From assembly GCF_006345805.1 (NCBI RefSeq), contig NC_042999.1, forward strand, positions 105,090,001 through 105,154,000: a DNA stretch of 64,000 nucleotides, written 5' to 3'. Under the pieces are notes generated by a model that made no database searches, was not told where the DNA came from, and was given only the letters and a program-made list of their open reading frames with translations. The translations under genes and the position numbers were made by a program. The DNA comes from Octopus sinensis. Taxonomy: Eukaryota. Below are positions 11,923 to 24,308 of the stretch, piece after piece (positions within the stretch are counted from its first letter, which is position 1; every line of letters begins with the position of its first letter).

Positions 11923-13074
11923 ATAAATGTATAGAATATTCGTAACAAGATAGGTAGATAAATATAACCGGGTCTTTAATAGCAAACATTATTTTTTAAA
12001 GTAGATATCTGCGATTTCTCAAACTATACTTATCATTTTCTTTGTAACTACACCTGATTTTAAACATTGGGAAATTAAAATAGTATTCGTACATTGCTTA
12101 ATTGAAAGTTTATCTAATTCTTAATTCTTAAATCTTAATTTTTAGTGTTTATTTAATTCTTAAATCTTAATTTAAAATTTTTAATTTTGGAACTTAATCT
12201 AGTTTAGGTAACACTACTTTAATAAATTAAGTTACTAAAGCTTAACAATTCTATTACATAATTAATTAAGCGAAGAAACTCCCTTGAAAGTAGTATGATA
12301 AACTTCAATAAAATAGACAATTCCATCACACCTTGTTAATTAAATTCTAGGTTTTGACCGGTAGTCCGTTAATGTTATTGATAGTAACGGCTGCAATTTT
12401 TAAGACAGTAGCATGAATAAATAAATAAATAAATAATTTAAATGACCTTTGGTTAAGAGTTGCACTTAGATCCTTTCTCTTATTGTATTTCCTTTTAGCG
12501 ATAGCTATTGACCCCTCTACCCCTGTTTATCTCTTTAAATTCTCTTTAGATTCATATCTGCTTTCATCCGTGTCAGGTTGATAGTAAATAGCTGTGTACT
12601 GGTCAAAAAAAAAAAAAATTCTTTCCTCATAGTTCCTGAATTCTTAAAGATTCTTAAAGATTCAAGCTAACTAAGCTATCTACAAATTCTTCTGTATTTG
12701 GTCACTTAAAAAACCCCCTCCCGCTAAGTTGTTGCAGTATACTCTATATAGGCGCCTTTTCTTTTCTCCCCATTCCACTTTTTCTTTTCTTCTTTTTTTC
12801 TTTTCCTTTTTCTTTTTTCTTTTTCTTTTTCTTTTTCTTTCTTTTCCTTATTTCTTCTTCTTCTCCTTTTTCTTTTTCTTTTTTCCTTGTCTCTTTCCTT
12901 TTTCTTTTATCTTATTTTATTTTCTTTGCCCCACAAATAAATTCCTCTAGCCTTTAGAATTCTCAACATAGCAGTTTTGCACGGAGAGCAATAACATGGC
13001 AAATTACCTTATCATATAGCATGAAATGATTGTGGATTAATAATGGTTAAATACATCGTCTCTGAGTATGAAAT

Positions 13075-13281
13075 CCCTCATCTTACCACTGGAAATATAA
13101 ATCTTCACTATGGATTAATTCACCTTTTCTGTGAAGCTAATAAGTCTTTAAAAACCTGTGATAAGTCTGTGCATCATCCTCCTCATATCTCTGGAAATTT
13201 AAATCTACACTATGGATTGATCCATCTTCTCTTCGAAACTAATAAGTTTTTAAAAATCTGTGATAAGACTGTGCATCATCA
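13075..13281 (+). repeat. diverged ~105-bp tandem duplication inside family D
   Basis: cctcat..ctggaaat.taaatct.cactatggatt..ctgtgataag.ctgtgcatcatc occurs twice. Confidence 0.85.
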
Positions 13282-13393
13282 TTAAGGAACTTTGGAAAAC
13301 TGTTTACAACCTATATATGCCTCTAATGGAACTATCTCCAATATTTTATGAGTATAACCTCACCCACTAAGATGTCTAGAGTACTCAAATGTA

Positions 13394-13484
13394 TTTTAGC
13401 TGATGAGTACGGGACACTTTTATCTGCTGCAATTTTTGCAACTTGTAATAAAGCCTCTCTTTGTATGAAACAATTGTACTAAAA
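13394..13484 (+). ncRNA. hammerhead ribozyme with extended stem II (family D)
   Basis: ttttag-CTGATGA-gtac...gtat-GAAA-caattg-TA-ctaaaa. Confidence 0.85.
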
Positions 13485-13512
13485 ACCAATCCATTCTTGT
13501 TGCTTCTTTCTC

Positions 13513-13559
<47 letters not shown>

Positions 13560-13563
13560 ATAT

Positions 13564-13773
13564 CGCCATGTTGATTCGTTAGCTACTGCACGCATTTTTT
13601 TTCTCTCCTTCTTTCTGTGTTTTTCTCTCTCTGTGTATCTTTCTGTTGAAGAGCGTAGGCTCGAAACGTTAAAGACTTGTTTTATTTATATTTCCTGAGC
13701 GCCATACTAATACAATTGTTCGTTTGTCTTCCACCTGCCTTCGTCTTTTGTTTATTTTCATAAAGCTTCCCGT
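13564..13773 (+). mobile_element. short element, family E, in (TA)n
   Basis: Flanked by (TA)n and homologous to 37630-37763. Confidence 0.75.
13638..13675 (+). ncRNA. variant-core hammerhead-like motif (family E)
   Basis: tcttt-CTGTTGA-a-gagc(gtag)gctc-GAAA-cg-TT-aaaga. Confidence 0.6.
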
Positions 13774-13796
13774 TATATATATATATATATATATAT

Positions 13797-14100
13797 TTAA
13801 TGTAGGATAAAATTTTTTCGAAAAAAAAATTTATCAATGGCCAGTATATAAAAAAATACCTTCAAATGTTAAATTTATAAACAACTTATAAATAAGGGCA
13901 AACGAAAAAATTTCTAATGCCAAATATGCCGAAATTAGACACATTGTCCATAACCATTATAATTCTTTTCCCAATACGCACGCTACTCAAAAAAGGTCGA
14001 CAGAAATTTCTAAAAAATTCCATTATTACCACATCGGACCGATTTCAGGGTTAGTTCGTAAGAACCCTCCCTTCGTCAGTGATAAATGTGGCAAAGAAAT
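13797..14100 (-). mobile_element. short element, family F, with slightly decayed HHR (14033-14083)
   Basis: Minus strand reads atca-CTGACGA-aggg...ccct-GAAA-tcgg-TC-cgat. The 3' end runs into (TA)n; the right boundary is approximate. Confidence 0.65.
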
Positions 14101-14489
14101 AAATGAGATGCTTACTCATACCCATGGGAAAAGCAAACATGTATTTGGGGTACTTAATTGTGCTCATGACTTAGTGTTTGCTACTGACGATTTACCCACT
14201 TAGACGAGATGATGTAACTGTTTGTAACATTACCAACAATTTATTGGCGATTTGTCTCCCGTTAATTAAATTTGCAATGATTATTCAAACATAGAATTTA
14301 CTTAATTTCAAAGCCATGTTATTATACATTATGATCAATAATATTTTCAAGCTTAATATTACTGTTTTCATAATAACGTAGAATTTTGTGACTATTTAAT
14401 ACGATTGAATTAGATATATGTCATGTATGCAATTAAATTACGCAATATACTGTTAATATTCATTTTAAATTTCAGCAATTTTGGTGGAT

Positions 14490-14665
14490 AGTGTAAGTCG
14501 ATTTCATCGACCCCAGTGCTCAAGTGGTACTTATTTTATAGGTATCGAAAGAATGAAAGGTAAAGTCAATCTGGTCGAAATTTGATCTCAGAATGTAAAG
14601 TCGGACAAAATTCGTATAATCAATTTGCCCGGCGTGCTAGCGATTTTGCCAGCTCACCGTCTTAA
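14490..14665 (-). mobile_element. SINE (ggcgagctggcagaa..ttagcacgccgggc family)
   Basis: Reverse complement matches 18345-18520 and 52291-52450. Confidence 0.8.
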
Positions 14666-15025
14666 ATATATTGTTAATATTGAGTTTGTATATTTTCCAA
14701 AGGGTATTAGACATGGCTACACGTATACACAAATATTGGAAAGCTGTTTCCTTTCTTGCTGTACAGATACGTTTTTATGAGAAATCGACTGTTTTGCATT
14801 ACTTCCTCCAGAATTATTACAGACAAATTATAAAGTACCATTCATCATACACAACAACAGTTAATTTTCTGTCGTACCCCCGCCGTCTCTCTCTCGCTCT
14901 TTCTCCCTCTCACTCTCTCTCATACACACACAAACACATACACACACATTCAAACACACATACATATATACTTATTGGTAATACTTAAATCCATATTTAT
15001 TGTTACTCATATTATTACTGTAGAT

Positions 15026-15562
15026 CATATTTAAAATTCATTGTCAATTTTATTGATAAAGAGTCTTCGATATACTGCAGCACTCAACACACTATATTTA
15101 ATAACAAGATGCATTAACTCACAAAATCCATAGCTGACGTCCAGGTAGTTAGATGGAACATATTCCTCATAAATACGTCTACAGATTGTTGAAAGATTCG
15201 TGAGATCCTATAAACCAGTAAATATACATTTACTAATCATCGATTTTAGTAAATATGTAGTACCTACGCACATGTTTATAACTCTTACACTTCCATACTT
15301 GAAATTTCATGCAAACAGAAGCTGAGATATTTATCATAATACAAATAGATTTCTAAATATATTCAGCTAATTACGTTCAAATGTATCCATAGATATACTG
15401 ATGCAAACACTCAGTCACATACATACATTTGCCATGTAACTACCCGTGCATCAGCTATGGAATTTGCGAGTTAATGCATCTTGTTATTAAATATAGTGTG
15501 TTGAGTTTTGCAGTATATCTAGGATTCTTTTCCAATAAACTTGACAATGAATTTTAAATATG
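15026..15562. mobile_element. MITE-like or fold-back element with ~112-bp imperfect inverted repeats
   Basis: 15026-15137 is the reverse complement of 15451-15562. No clear TSD. Confidence 0.65.
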
Positions 15563-16661
15563 GAGAAGAGGAGAGGTTATATTCTATTTTAGAATCTCTA
15601 AGATTGGAGTGAGAAGTAAAAACAGAAAAGTGCTTTTCACCTTAGAGGAAATCTATCAGCTACGCAGTCATCTCAAATTCAAAATCACATGATAACAGAA
15701 ACCTTATTAACAACTTTCTATATCTTCACCCTAAAGCACTCAGTGTAGCACATGAAAAACTATAAAAAAATCATTTTTTAGAAACATGTATCTATTGTTT
15801 CAGATTACTTGAATGCGGGTGAGGGATTTAAAATGTAAAATGATATGAGTTTTCAAGAGAGTAGGATGAAACTGGGGTAGCTAATGATCTTCTGTGATTG
15901 CATACGCATGTATAATAAGAACGTTTAAAGAAGCAATGGTACTTATGGCTTCGGAAGAAGCAGAATGAAAATAATGTTCGGAAGTTGGCTGGTAGAGTGC
16001 GGTAAGTGATAGTGTCTGCATATATGTTTTTCTTGCATGGGGTGTAAATATTTTTGAAGGAGGATGCGTTGCAAGACAAATCAAAGTCAGGTGGAGATGG
16101 TTACGGTAAAGCGGTTTCTTTATAAGTTGTGCTGCATTTATTCAAGTATAATAGAATGTACTGTATAAAAAAATGCATCCTACCGAACAGGGTTAGAGAT
16201 GAAGGATGAAACTCTTGAGCTTCATAGTTGATTGAGATGAGAGGCTTCCATATGGTTTCATGGAACATTGCAGTAACGGAGGGAGAATTGTCCTCAAGTA
16301 CGTTTTTTGCTTTTATTTATGGAAAGTTTACATGACATGTTTTTGTGAAATAAGTTGATATTTTAGAAGAGGAATAATTACTGACATCAACTACGGTGGA
16401 TGTCTTGCGTCTAAAACTCTTCTTTCTACTTCTATAACATTATTGTGATTTTCTCCCCTTGATTCCTTGAGCTAATCTCCACTTCGCGTACACTGCCACT
16501 CATAAACCCAACTAGGTTTCTATTTACTTTGTCTTCAAAGAAAATTTCAATGAAAGACGAAAATATTTTGTATGGTGCTTAACATTACTTTTTCCTGATT
16601 TTTCTTCCTTGCTGGGGGTGAAAATTTATGTCACTGGTAATTCTGAGCCATTTCGCATGTT

Positions 16662-16960
16662 GTTTGTTCCTTCTCAAGCCACGAGAGTCTCATAGGGCCG
16701 GTTTCCCGGTTTCCTTGGCGTATAGGTTCCCCACCTGGATGGGACGCCGGTCCGTTGCAGGTGAAATGTAAGATGCAGGAGGAAAGAGTTAGAGAAAGTT
16801 GTGGCGAAAGAGTCAGCAGAAGTTTCGCCATTACCTTCTGCGGGAGCCGCGTGGAGCTAAGGTGTTTCGCTCATAAACGTACACGTCACCTGGTCTGAGA
16901 TTAGAATCCGCAATCCATCGACCGCGAGTCCGCTGCTCTATCAACTAGGCCATGTGCCTC
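16662..16960 (-). mobile_element. tRNA-derived SINE
   Basis: Minus-strand head gaggcacatggcctagttgatagagcagcggac. The tail (..gaaaccgggaaaccggccctatgag) is shared with the 17726 copy. Confidence 0.7.
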
Positions 16961-17570
16961 TGCTATTCTCATAGCTCATACTTCTTACGCGCTCGCACAC
17001 GCGCATACACACGCACACACACGCATGCACGTACTCATGCATATGTATATACAAGGCAAGGTATAAATAATGGTCATCACCTATATTTTATTGAGAGTAA
17101 ATATATACGTATAGTATTATTCTAACTATGGATGTTCTTTATCAAAATATTTTAAAAATATATTTGCTCAACGATTATAAGATTGTAGGTTGTGCAAACA
17201 TTTACGCTTTAAAATTTAAATGGTTATACTAAGCTATGCTTAACATTTACCAGACTTAATGTGAAAAAAATAAAACAAACGGTTGTTTGAGTTATAAAGT
17301 TTCACTTATGAAATAGAATGGAAGCAAATAAACTGATAACATCGTCGAGACAAAGTTTTCAGTTGTTTCTGCTACAAATATTATTAATGATATTTTGTTT
17401 GTTTCTTCATTTATGTTTGGCTACAAAAATTAGTGTTATCTTCGGCAGTAGATACACATAGTGGTACTATATATTCTCATAATTTAGCTGGTTTCTGTAA
17501 CTTGTATGTATTCGTGTATATATATATACATATATAGATAGATAGATAGATAGATATGAAGAGTGGAGTG

Positions 17571-17697
<127 letters not shown>

Positions 17698-17725
17698 TGT
17701 GGTGTATGTGTGTGTGTGCGTGTGT

Positions 17726-17968
17726 GGAGACACGTGGCTTAGTGGTTAGGGTGTCAACATCATGATCGTAAGATTGTGGTTTCGATTCCTGGACCTGGCA
17801 CGCGTTGTGTTCTTGAGAAAAACACTTCATTTCACTTTGCTCCAGTCCCGTCAGCTGGCAAAAATGAGTAACGCTGCGATGGACTGGCGTCTTGTCCTGC
17901 TGGGGAACACATACGTCATTGAAACTGGGAAACCGGGCTTATGACCCTGGGTAGGCTTTAAAAGGCCG
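17726..17968 (+). mobile_element. tRNA-derived SINE
   Basis: A box TGGCTTAGTGG, B box TTCGATTCC; homologous to 345-696. Confidence 0.8.
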
Positions 17969-18231
17969 CATTTATACACACACAAACACACACATACACA
18001 CACACACACATATATATATATGTATACATATATATGAAGTGTTTTGTGTTTATATATATATGAAGAGTGGTATGTGATTATATATATATATAAATAAATA
18101 TTTCTTAATTTCCTGAAACTAGATTATCGATTCGTTTGCAGTTTTTTTCTTTGGAGAGAGACACTTATATTCCATGTATATAGATAGTGGAACAATACTT
18201 GTTTTGCACGTATTGTACTTTTTTTCACCTT

Positions 18232-18750
18232 TCATCCTTTCGCAATCGATAAATTAAGTAGCAGTTTTGTACTGGGATCGATCTAATTGACTGGTCCCCT
18301 CCTCAAAATTTCGGGCCTTGTGCCTAGATTAGAAAAGAATATTTGTAACGCGGCGAGCTGGCAGAAACATTACCACGCCTGGCGAAATGCTTTTCAGTAT
18401 TTCGTTCGCCTTTACGTTCTAAGTTTAAATTCTGCCGAGGTCGACTTTGCCTTTCATACTTTCGGGGGCGATAAATTAAGTACCAGTTACGCACTGGGGT
18501 CAATATAATCGACTTAATCCGTCTGTCTGTCCTTGTTTGTCCCCTCTGTGTTTAGCCCCTTGTGGGTAATAAAGAAATAGGTATTTCGTCTGTCTTTACG
18601 ATCTGAGTTCAATTTCCACCGAGGTCCACGTTGCCTTCATCCTTGGGGAGGGGGTCGATAAATCAAGTATCAGTTGCATAGTGGGGTCGATCTAATCGAC
18701 TGGCCCCTCTCCCAAAATTTCGGGTCTTGTACCTAGAGTAGAAAAGAATA
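18232..18750 (+). mobile_element. cluster of tandem and partial SINE copies
   Basis: Repeated modules gataaattaagtaccagtt..ggggtcgat.taatcgact..aaaatttcgggccttgtgcctaga.tagaaaagaat. Confidence 0.8.
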
Positions 18751-18978
18751 TAAATATTGAAAAAGAAACAAAAGTATGTTTTTTATGTGTGAGTGTGCAT
18801 TTGTTTTAACAAATATCGACAATCAACGTTCAGTCTATCATAGTTTAGAGGACTTTATTTCTTAATCAACCACTTTCTACACGTAATAAAAGCAATTCCT
18901 ATCGTTTTCATCATATCTCGCCTACTGACCATGATTAATGTTGTTCTATTAAAATTAACACTACACAAAGAAACACTC

Positions 18979-19025
<47 letters not shown>

Positions 19026-19218
19026 TAGAAAGAGAGAGAGAGAGAGAAAAAGAGAGAGAGAAAGAGAAGAGAGAGGAGAGAGAGAAGAGAGAGAGAGAAA
19101 GAGAGAGAGATAGAAAGAGAGAGAGAGAGAGAAAAAGAGAGAGAGAAAGAGAGAGAGAGAAAGAGAGAGAGAAAGATAGAGAGCGAGAGAGAGCGAGAAA
19201 GAGAAACTGAGAGAAAAG
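18979..19218. repeat. (GA)n-rich microsatellite
   Basis: Directly visible. Confidence 0.95.
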
Positions 19219-21413
19219 AGCTCAAAGAAATATACACACCTTCATATACGTACTAGAAAATATTTATTACCAAACAAAGTTTTATAACATTTCTGTTGTT
19301 ACTGTCTCTTACTTGCTTCCAAATATTCAAAATGCTGAAGTAAGGAAGCAACCAATAATTAATAAGATAAAGCATGCTTGTTTACCATCCAAATACGATA
19401 AGACATCATAATTTCATTGGTTCGCCAAACTTGTAGAAAATACGTCAAACTGCCTTTGATTCGACTATATGACAGTTGAATAATCGTACATGTGGTGGTA
19501 TTACAAACGTTAATTTTGAAGGCCTCAAATAGTTTTATCTCCGTGGAGTTTCGAATAAATAATTCCGCAAACTTAAATTTACATCAGTACGAGTCATCAG
19601 TACAAACATATATATGTTAACAGTTCAGCCTATCCCAGGTATATATGACTTTTTGGAATATGCGACCGCACTGCTGACCTCACGATATTTAATCGTTCGT
19701 ATTTTATTTCAGTACTTCTGATCATAGCAATTGTTATTATTTTTTAATTTTTTTGCTTTAATAAAGCTGTTAAATTATTTAATAGTAAAAATATTGTTGT
19801 CATTAAACTGATATTTTATCAGATAACATACATCTATTAAACTCATATTACAAATGGTAACACATAAAATGGTCGTGCATGTTAGCGTGCTGTACCCCGT
19901 AATTTAGAAGTTAATGTAATGTAGAATGCTATCAGCAGGGAAGGCTGTTCTGGGACAAATATAAAATATTCTAACTATAGGAAAGAAAACTCCTCCCCCT
20001 CCCCCCAAAGAAACAACATGAAAATCCCAAAGAGAAACTGCTTTTCAGATATCTTAACCAAACCTTCTGCTAAATGTAAGCACAAGTGTCTCAGTCCAGT
20101 TGTTTGCGGCAGGAAAAGGGTATAAAGATCGACCTTCACAGCATAGGTAAACACCTGATTCACATACTAAAATTAAAGAGAAGCAAGACTTTTATGATCA
20201 GCTGTTTAAAAACCTATCTATACAGATTTTAATTTGACATTTTTACTCATGAATGCTGCTAATTTAATCTATAAGCTGGATCATGAAATTATTAAGAATT
20301 TTAAACAATTTTTGCAATTACCTTTTTATATTTATCTCAATTTCCATAATGATGGAGTCATTTTCTTTCCTGGACGCCAGTAACTCTGTTAAATAAATAG
20401 TTCAACGGTTAAGAAAGAAAGTAATTATGCATTCGCATACAAACTAAAGACATAGACACGCGTAATCCAATGAAAGTATGTACATTGATAGAAACTCCTG
20501 TCACCAGCATACGCTTATACAGAACGTTACAAGCAATAACTGAAGACACATATCTAAAGCATTGTTGAACAGAGAAATAGTTAATATAGCTGCCTCGTAC
20601 TAAAATAGAGCCCTTGTTAGAAGAGACTTTAACGACAAGATAAAATATATTAAGTCACCTATGTGAAGTCATAATGAATGCACAACTACAAAATATGACC
20701 TTCTCTAATTCCCGTATCTTAACTATTTCTGTAAACGTAGCATTAATATGCAGCTCTCAAGTCCACGACTCACAAATATAAGAATATCTTCAATAAAATT
20801 CTGCCAGCTAAGCTACCTTATCCACAATGGAAAATCCATAAACGCCACATAAAATATCCGAAATGTATGTAATTGAAGAAAATGGCTCAGATATGACTTT
20901 TGAAAGGTAAAAAATAGGGAGAAGTAGAATAATCAAATAGCTCACAGGTCAGATTAATGGAGTACAAGTTGGAAACTACATTTACATAATGTAGCCAATT
21001 TTTCAGATCCGGGAAATGTCAACGATGCTACATTAAAATTCAAAATACATTTACATTTTAGACAGAAGAACGCAGTGCCATAATAACATTAAGTATTATA
21101 TTATTACAAAGAGATACGTATGCAGCGGCAGCAGTTCGAAAATTTAAGATCATACGTATGCCCGGTAATACCTTGAAAATAAGGGAGAAAATAAACATCT
21201 TTATTATTGTTGTCACACACAAAGAAAACCTTTGAGTTCTTAAAAAGATTCCATTCCGTAAATTTAAATAGCAAGCTTTCTGAATCAACAAATTAAATTG
21301 TGCTTAGTTTGAAGTTCGCCCTCAAAATTTGAATTAGAATCCGAATTATCGCTTCAATGAAGTGCAGATCTCTTCATTTCAGAAGAACGTGTATCGATAT
21401 TATATTTTGCTGT

Positions 21414-21615
21414 AAGGAAGCGCGCTAGCAGAATTGTTAGCACGTCGCGCAAAATGCTTTGTGTCACTTCGTTCGTTCTTACGTTTTGAGTTGATATTCT
21501 TTCGATGTTGACTTTGGGTTCATCCTTTCGAAGTCGATAAAATAAGTACTAGACGATTATTGAGGATGGATGTTATTGACTTACCCTCTCTCCCGGAAAT
21601 TCTCGCCTTGTGGTC
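21414..21615 (+). mobile_element. diverged SINE (same family as 18345)
   Basis: gctagcagaattgttagcacgtcgcgcaaaatgc..catcctttcgaagtcgataaaataagtac. Confidence 0.7.
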
Positions 21616-21892
21616 AACTTTCAAACAAATATCTTACTTTGATGAAGCAATTACTTGGGCATACCACCTATTATGTAATTCGCATAAGTTTTCGTAACGC
21701 ATGTGTCTTCGAAATTTCAAATATTCTCTTTCACACAAAAGTGGTGGCGGTCTGACCTAGCAAGGAAGTATCGATATTCCCAGAAGAAGCATAGCGTACC
21801 CTAGTCAACAAGTATGATTATATTCTACGGCTCCCGTTGATTATATATATCTTGCATGCTATAAACCATATACACACAAATATATGTGTATC

Positions 21893-21906
21893 TATATATG
21901 CCCATA

Positions 21907-21968
<62 letters not shown>

Positions 21969-22127
21969 GAATATACAGATATATATGGATATATATGGAT
22001 ATATATATGTATATTATATATGAATATATATGTATGTATGTTTATGTATATATGTATATATATATATATAATATATATATATATATGAATATACAGATAT
22101 ATATGGATATATATATGTATATATATA

Positions 22128-22224
<97 letters not shown>

Positions 22225-22292
22225 GATACATACATACACACACACACATATATATATATATATACATATACACACATACATATATACATACA
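21893..22292. repeat. (TA)n-rich compound microsatellite
   Basis: Directly visible. Confidence 0.95.
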
Positions 22293-24275
22293 TGTTTTAA
22301 CCTGTTTCAGTCATTGATCCTTACATGCCGGTGCGTCATGTTGAACTTATTTAGCTGATTATATCGAGCGTTTTTTCCAAAAGATACTAATCTCTGAATA
22401 CGCTTGGCATTACACTCTCAGCAAGCTTTTCAGCTTGATGAATCATAAATATATACTAAAAAGCATATATCCTATAACAACATCTAATAGTCATTATTAT
22501 CAATACCTGTTCAAATAACATGTAGATGATTCTTTTATCACTTTCTTAAATTCTCTTTTTCACTGACATGAAGAATGATGTAAATGCTGATATCTTCTTG
22601 AATACTGATTAATATACTTATTCTAATTAAATATTTTTGTAGCTTTATATTTATTGAACATTTTTAGGAAACATGCAAGTGCATCCTGTGTGTTGTGTTT
22701 ATTCGTTTGAAAAACGCCACTTTCTAAATAAAGCATTATAACTTTCATATGATTGTAATGTGAGGGACATCGACACTGGAGGAGTTAATATAATTTTGAT
22801 GAAACCTGTATGTAAGCCATCAATCATTACTGCCAGCTTTTTACGCCTTTCTGTATACCTCTTTTTCTTTTTCTGTCTGTCTTCCTTATAATCTTCCCAA
22901 GGGAAGATGACATTTCATAAGGTAGTTTTGAATACTAGGGCTTCCCGCATTAGGTTTGACCACCTGTATATCTGCCTGATAGAGTATGTTATGTGATACC
23001 TAGGGATGCAACTTATCCCTTTCTGCATAAAAGATATTTTCTAACGAAAGATCATCACTTGTTACTGATAGAGATTTGCACCAGGGTCATCGCTGTCAGT
23101 GTATAAGAATACAGAACTAAAACCGCAGTCGACTGGTCCAACGTTCTAATATTTTTCGCAATTCAACGTTCCGGTTTGATATTTTCATCGACTCCCTAAG
23201 GATAACAGGTAATGTTGACGTTGACGACATTTAAACTCAAAGCGTAGAAAATATATAAAGCGAAGCATCCTACCAACGATCTAATAACCCTGCTAATTAT
23301 TCCCCTAATTATTCCCCTTAGTTCTGAACCCGCAGAACCTAAAAGAACGTCGGTAGAATCATAACTGGAAAACATTTGACAATAGATCTATCCAGTTAAA
23401 ATAAACACGAGAACAGCAAAATGATTTACATATCCCAGATCCTAGGCAAAAGAACACATGAAACTTCGAGGGGGTTAGAACACAGGTAGAAAAGAGTTAA
23501 TGATAGGTGTGAAATTAGATAGTGTAAGGCATCTAGTACAGTTATTTTATTTCTGACAATTCACCGGCGTCTCTAAATAATTAACACAATATCATAAATT
23601 TCATCATGATAAAAAAGAACTTTATCAAAACAACAAAACAGTATTAAATCAACAAGTAGAAGCAAAAGAAGAAAGAGAAAGAGGAAATTGAAAATTATTA
23701 CAACTAAATGTGAAAACAATAAAACACAATATAACTGAATGAAGCGCACTAATTGTGCCATTAAATTGAAAGGTATGGTTGAAGATTGGCAACGATTAAT
23801 TTAGTTCCTTTCATCATACCATGAATAATTAGGCTTTACTAAGATAAGGTTAATTGAAACATGAAATGAAAATATAACGACTATCTCAACAACGGCAGCA
23901 TTGACGTCGTCAGTGATAATATTGATGATGACGATGTTGATTATAAACGATAATGTCGGTGTTGATTATACCGCTGTTGATGTTCATAAGGAGACTGTGA
24001 ATATAGTTGGCGATGATGGTGTCAACTGCATGTTACACATGAGGGTTAACATGTAATGGCGCTAATAGAATATGTATCAAATTGATTGCGTGTTCAACCT
24101 TTGACTAGAATAGCGGCAAGACAAAAGTTGAACGATAATGTATTACTGGTACATACTTTATAGATTTCATAAAGAACAGAGAGTGTAATGTGAATCTGTG
24201 ATTTTGGCACAATGTGATTGTATAGGAAGATAAAACTGAATTAACGTGAAATATTTAGATTGGCTTTATCTCTCT

Positions 24276-24308
<33 letters not shown>

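Larger units (their letters stand above)
10151..13513 (+). mobile_element. Penelope-like element derivative (family D): inverted pseudo-LTRs, internal direct repeats, GIY-YIG ORF, no RT
   Basis: Inverted repeat 10267-10577 / 13204-13513 with HHRs. Direct repeat 10579-10914 / 12599-12935. GIY-YIG ORF lies between the direct repeats and (TA)n flanks both sides. Confidence 0.9.

Noticed and set aside
11920-12600. UGA stop plus a possible SECIS, as in selenoprotein-encoding Naiad PLEs
   Set aside because: No internal UGA occurs at Cys positions, a TAG follows four codons after the stop, and I could not see a convincing SECIS hairpin.
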